Assembly: GCA_963665235.2 (NCBI GenBank)
Contig: CAXXLX010000001.1
Location: 1,984,001 to 2,048,000 of the forward strand
Source: Candidatus Poribacteria bacterium
GTDB lineage: Bacteria > Poribacteria > WGA-4E > WGA-3G
Direction: 5' to 3'
DNA: 64,000 bases
Position numbers and translations under genes: made by a program. Below are positions 60,606 through 64,000 of the stretch, piece by piece. The notes under the pieces were generated by a model. The model saw only the letters and a list, made by a program, of their open reading frames with translations. It was not told where the DNA came from and did no database searches. Positions within the stretch are counted from its first letter, which is position 1; every line of letters starts with the position of its first letter.

Positions 60606-60920
60606 TTAGAGTTTTAGCCATTGGCGCACTGCATTTTCAACATCTGATAACGGATCAGGTTGGAGATTCCCCAATTTTCTCAAGAACTTCGCTTCTGAGA
60701 CTGTGACCAGACTTTGTGCGTCGAAGGCGCCGGTATCCAGAAATCTTGTTTTTATAGGGATTTCAAATCTTGAATCACGTACGCTCGTTGTATATGTCAC
60801 GACCGTGACAAGTGCACGATCTTGGATGAGAGCGGGTACACTGATAACGAGGCAGGGTCTGACTTTAGCTGCTATTCCGAGATCAACGAGCCAGACTTCA
60901 CCTCGATTTTGCTTCGGCAT
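60606..60920 (-). CDS. PemK/MazF family toxin
   Basis: RGEVWLVDLG..AKVRPCLVIS...TTS...FDAQSL...KLG. Confidence 0.88.
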   Translation of the reverse strand: MPKQNRGEVWLVDLGIAAKVRPCLVISVPALIQDRALVTVVTYTTSVRDSRFEIPIKTRFLDTGAFDAQSLVTVSEAKFLRKLGNLQPDPLSDVENAVRQWLKL

Positions 60921-61104
60921 CCGCTGCCTCCATTTTGTCATGTTCAACAAATAGTGCCTCAGCAATTTCGGTGAGTGCCTCATCTGTCAAGGGGGGAATA
61001 TCCAGCAGAGCCACCTGCTTTATGATTTCAGAAGCGAGCGCGTGTTTTTCAATATCAGGAAGTTGGTTGAATGCTTCCAATATGTTTTGTGGAGTTGCAT
61101 GCAT
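60898..61104 (-). CDS. Putative antitoxin of the MazF-like toxin
   Basis: 68-aa acidic ORF overlapping the toxin start; GGAGG RBS. Confidence 0.7.
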   Translation of the reverse strand: MHATPQNILEAFNQLPDIEKHALASEIIKQVALLDIPPLTDEALTEIAEALFVEHDKMEAADAEAKSR

Positions 61105-61151
61105 CTGGGGCCTCCGTGTAGCAAAAGTATAAAGTTTATGAAAATTGTACC

Positions 61152-61289
61152 AGGACTTACGCAAATTTAGAACATAAGCTCAGTATTCGGACAAGCAGCC
61201 CGCTCCTCAAGGGCGGGGTCCCCCCGCCCGCTAGGTTTCCCTCTAAATCCCATTATCATAAGGACTTATCAACGTGCTGCGTAAGTCCT
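61152..61289. mobile_element. Second copy of the AGGACTTACGCA-bounded MITE, carrying the 29-nt module
   Basis: Reverse-complement match to 15796-15908 with a net +25 bp. Confidence 0.8.
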
Positions 61290-61387
61290 ATAAGGTCTAC
61301 CGTACATCCTTCTCCCCCGCATGAGTTGGTGATACTGTTTGGAGACACCCGCTCTTGAATATGGGCAAGTTTTTTATTCAGATTCAA
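61290..61387 (-). pseudogene. 5' stub of the ATPase's downstream partner gene, cut by the MITE
   Basis: GAGGAGG RBS, TTG start overlapping the ATPase end; (M)NLNKKLAHIQERVSPNSITNSCGGEGCTVDL runs into the MITE TIR. Confidence 0.5.
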
Positions 61388-62816
61388 CTGCATCCTCCTC
61401 TTTCGCTTCCCCAATTCTATTTTGGAGCCCTGCCGAACTGTTATAGAGAGCCTCTGCTATATCCAAATGATCTTCCGGTTCTATACCTTCAACAAGGCCA
61501 AACGGGAGTTCTGTAACAGGTTTGTCCTTATGGAACCACCATGCACCGACCTCCTCCTTTTTCAGGTAATCTGCTGATCCACGTGTGGATTCTCCGAGTT
61601 TCCGCAATTCACCTTCGCGAATCAGGTTCCCGATTTGTTGGAGGAGATAGTTGCTGTGCGTTGTAATCACAACGTAAACACCCGCTCGGACCAAGCGAGC
61701 AAACGTTTGTGCAATTTGGGTTTGTGCACCCGGATGCAGGTGAGATTCAGGTTCCTCAATAATGAGCACATCACCCGGTTCAACGACACCTTTCAGAAAG
61801 AGGACTAAAGGGGCAAGCTCAGATACCGTCGCCGCGGCGTGACTCATCCGCAGTCCTTCTTCCGCCTGAGCTGGACGGTACAGAAATTCCGGTGGGGCTT
61901 TTGGTGTAGGGCGTTTAACCTCTATTTTACCCTCCAGCAGTTCTGCCTCCAGCAGTTCTGCGACGCGACGAACACTGCTTGACGATTCCTCGCTCTCGCT
62001 GTAGCTGACAATCTGCTTCAAAAAATCACCTATCATTCCCGAAAATGGAGACATTTCAAGGTGCTCTAAACCGAGGCGCGTCGCCTGCTTAATAAGGACA
62101 GGCATAATCACACCGTGACTTTGCATGAGGCCGCTTCGGACAGCAGGCAAGTAGTACGAATTCTCTTCCTGCCACCGCTCAGTGCGTAAGGTCTGAAATA
62201 GGTGTTCAACGTCGGGCACCGGACAGAATTTTGTCTTACTTTTTGCGTCAAGAAGAATCATGTCTGAATTGATGCAGCCTGTTATCGTCTGATCGGCGGC
62301 TCCAGAGGCACACACCTCAAAATCCCAAAACTTATGCTCTTTGTCCCCAACCGTCAGTGAAACTTTCATTTCGTTGTCTCGGCTGCCAGTGAATCTAATT
62401 AACTTGGAAACATCCTCAACGTCGAAACACCGTTTAAGCTCGTCTGGAAAGTCTTCCTGACTTGTGAGCCCAAACTCCAAAGTGGCTTGCATCCGTTGAG
62501 GTAAGTCGGAAAATGTGAACGGACGCTCAGGTGTGTTTAACTTTTCGAGTGCCTCGAGCATCTCTTTTTTTAACTTCTCCCGTTGATTTTGTGGCTCGTG
62601 ATGTTGTGAACGGAGGACAAGATCGAAATAAGAAGCAGTGGAGTCTGCCCAAGGAAATTGTGGAATGCCCCCAAAATTCCGGTATAATGCGTAAATAAGC
62701 ACGGCGAGATACGTCTTGCCAGTGTTGCCCTCACCGACGAATACAGTCAGCGGACGCAGGTCTATTTCTGCCTTCTCTATCGGTCCGAAGTTTTCTACAC
62801 TAATGTGTATGTCCAT
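61374..62816 (-). CDS. AAA_15/AAA_21 (AbiEii/OLD-like ABC) ATPase
   Basis: VENFGPIEKA, FVGEGNTGKT, IIEEPESHLHP and ITTHSNY motifs. Confidence 0.88.
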   Translation of the reverse strand: MDIHISVENFGPIEKAEIDLRPLTVFVGEGNTGKTYLAVLIYALYRNFGGIPQFPWADSTASYFDLVLRSQHHEPQNQREKLKKEMLEALEKLNTPERPFTFSDLPQRMQATLEFGLTSQEDFPDELKRCFDVEDVSKLIRFTGSRDNEMKVSLTVGDKEHKFWDFEVCASGAADQTITGCINSDMILLDAKSKTKFCPVPDVEHLFQTLRTERWQEENSYYLPAVRSGLMQSHGVIMPVLIKQATRLGLEHLEMSPFSGMIGDFLKQIVSYSESEESSSSVRRVAELLEAELLEGKIEVKRPTPKAPPEFLYRPAQAEEGLRMSHAAATVSELAPLVLFLKGVVEPGDVLIIEEPESHLHPGAQTQIAQTFARLVRAGVYVVITTHSNYLLQQIGNLIREGELRKLGESTRGSADYLKKEEVGAWWFHKDKPVTELPFGLVEGIEPEDHLDIAEALYNSSAGLQNRIGEAKEEDAVESE

Positions 62817-62899
62817 TGCTTCTTCCTCTATTGGTGATGGTTTTGAATCGGTTATATACCTATCTGGGCTCAATTGCAACGTGAGTTTGAAAAAAAGCT

Positions 62900-63112
62900 T
62901 CACCTAGTATGAAGAGCGGGCTGGTTTCCCGAATACTGGGCGATAAGTCCGCTCCTTAGGGACGATCCGTTTATAGGCAGGCCCCTGGGTTTCTGCCCGC
63001 CTCTTAGTCCCGTAGGGACGATATCTTTATAGAAAACCGATAACGCAAAAACTCTTAGTCCCAGTATTCGGGCAAGCAGCCCGCTCCTCAAGGACGATAT
63101 CTTTATAGAGGT
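62900..63112. repeat. Cluster of family A REPs and 29-nt modules
   Basis: Module at 62909-62937(-) and 63063-63091; REPs at ~62946, 63004 and 63055. Confidence 0.8.
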
Positions 63113-63140
63113 TAGGGAAAACGGACATTTATTATCAAGC

Positions 63141-63359
63141 TCACGTAATTGCAAGGGAAATGAAACCGCTGCCGATGCCCAAGGTTTTGCCGTTTTTATC
63201 CTGCATCTCCAGGTACACCGTCGCTGCCAATGCTTTTTCGGCAATATCTTCGGCAGGCAGAATGCTTTGTGCAGGTGCGGTATTTATGGTGCAAAAGATA
63301 AAGAAAACGACAGTAGCAATCTGTGGAAATTTCCACAAAAAATTATGTCTATATTTCAT
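63141..63359 (-). pseudogene. Truncated secreted trypsin-like serine protease (N-terminal stub)
   Basis: Signal peptide then AEDIAEKALAATVYLEM...GIGSGF; stops before the catalytic His, next to the REP cluster. Confidence 0.65.
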
Positions 63360-63475
63360 AAGGTGTCTCCTTTTTGTCTCTGTCATTGTGAAGATGGTTT
63401 GTCATGACAAATTGAATGTGTTAACAATATTATAACATATTTTATAGAAAATGTCAAGCGAATTCCGCGGACGAT

Positions 63476-63660
63476 TCTATAAACATATCGTCCTTGAAGA
63501 GCGGGCTGTTTGCCCGAATACTGGGACTAACAGGGACCGGAAACCGCTGTTTCTATAAATATATCGTCCCTACGGGACTAGACCGTATCATTCCTATTTA
63601 GAAGAATCCTCAAAATCCGCGAAATCCGTGTAATCCGCGCTAATCCGCGATTCAGACAAC
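63476..63660. repeat. Family A REPs (minus strand; one with the 29-nt module) plus AATCCGCG repeat
   Basis: 63476-63530, 63552-63580 and 63613-63659. Confidence 0.75.
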
Positions 63661-63668
63661 ATACTGCT

Positions 63669-64000
63669 CTACACCGTCAGCGTAATCTCCTCCTGCTTCA
63701 CAATTTCCTTGATATGTCCATAAGGTTTAGAGGCTACCAATTCCAGCGTCTCTGGCGATAACCGCTCCAAAATAGGCTGCGGTAAATTGTGAGTCCCCGC
63801 GTATTGTGGAAAATACCGCAAAACGAGAAACCGCCGGTCCCTATCCTTCGGTTTCCAGCGTAAAACACCGTGCGTCAGCAGCTCTGAAATAATCACGATA
63901 TCCCCCGCCTTCGGCGTAATATTCACAAAAACAGGGTCATCAATTGGGTCGATACCATCCCCCTCGTCAAGTGTCAGCAGTTGCTTCGGACGGTCGAACG
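63669..64000 (-). CDS. C-terminal part of a PhyH-like Fe(II)/2OG dioxygenase (runs off window end)
   Basis: PKAGDIVIISELLTHG..W....DRRFLVLRY motif. Confidence 0.7.
   Translation of the reverse strand, partial: FDRPKQLLTLDEGDGIDPIDDPVFVNITPKAGDIVIISELLTHGVLRWKPKDRDRRFLVLRYFPQYAGTHNLPQPILERLSPETLELVASKPYGHIKEIVKQEEITLTV

Overview
Bacterial chromosomal window. It is most likely from Candidatus Poribacteria; this is an inference from tandem LamG proteins ending in a V-D-x3-K-(L/I)-x-TTWG-x-LK motif, PhyH-family dioxygenases, a CRTAC1/FG-GAP protein, TPR and WD40 proteins and dense intergenic repeats. Housekeeping and metabolic genes (acs, serA, tatA, trxB, xylulokinase, moaC, MoxR, HtrA, UPF0182, atpD/atpC) are interspersed with conflict modules and decayed mobile DNA. 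Four features stand out. (1) A 1466-aa TPR + GreA/B-C-like + PIN protein carries a complete DUF433 antitoxin fused at its C-terminus and is followed by a DUF5615 PIN toxin. (2) There is a nested set of small non-autonomous elements: a 730-bp element with 21-bp TIRs and an 8-bp TSD, a 118-bp MITE whose internal GTAG-REP is expanded 11-fold in a second copy, and a 29-nt hairpin module that precisely replaces the GTAG tetranucleotide in two unrelated REP families. (3) A triple-PAS histidine kinase lies between atpD and atpC. (4) A decayed IS200/IS605 (tnpA+tnpB) carries REP-like units in register with its coding remnants. No rRNA, tRNA or true CRISPR array was seen. All domain calls come from motif recognition by eye, not from database searches.
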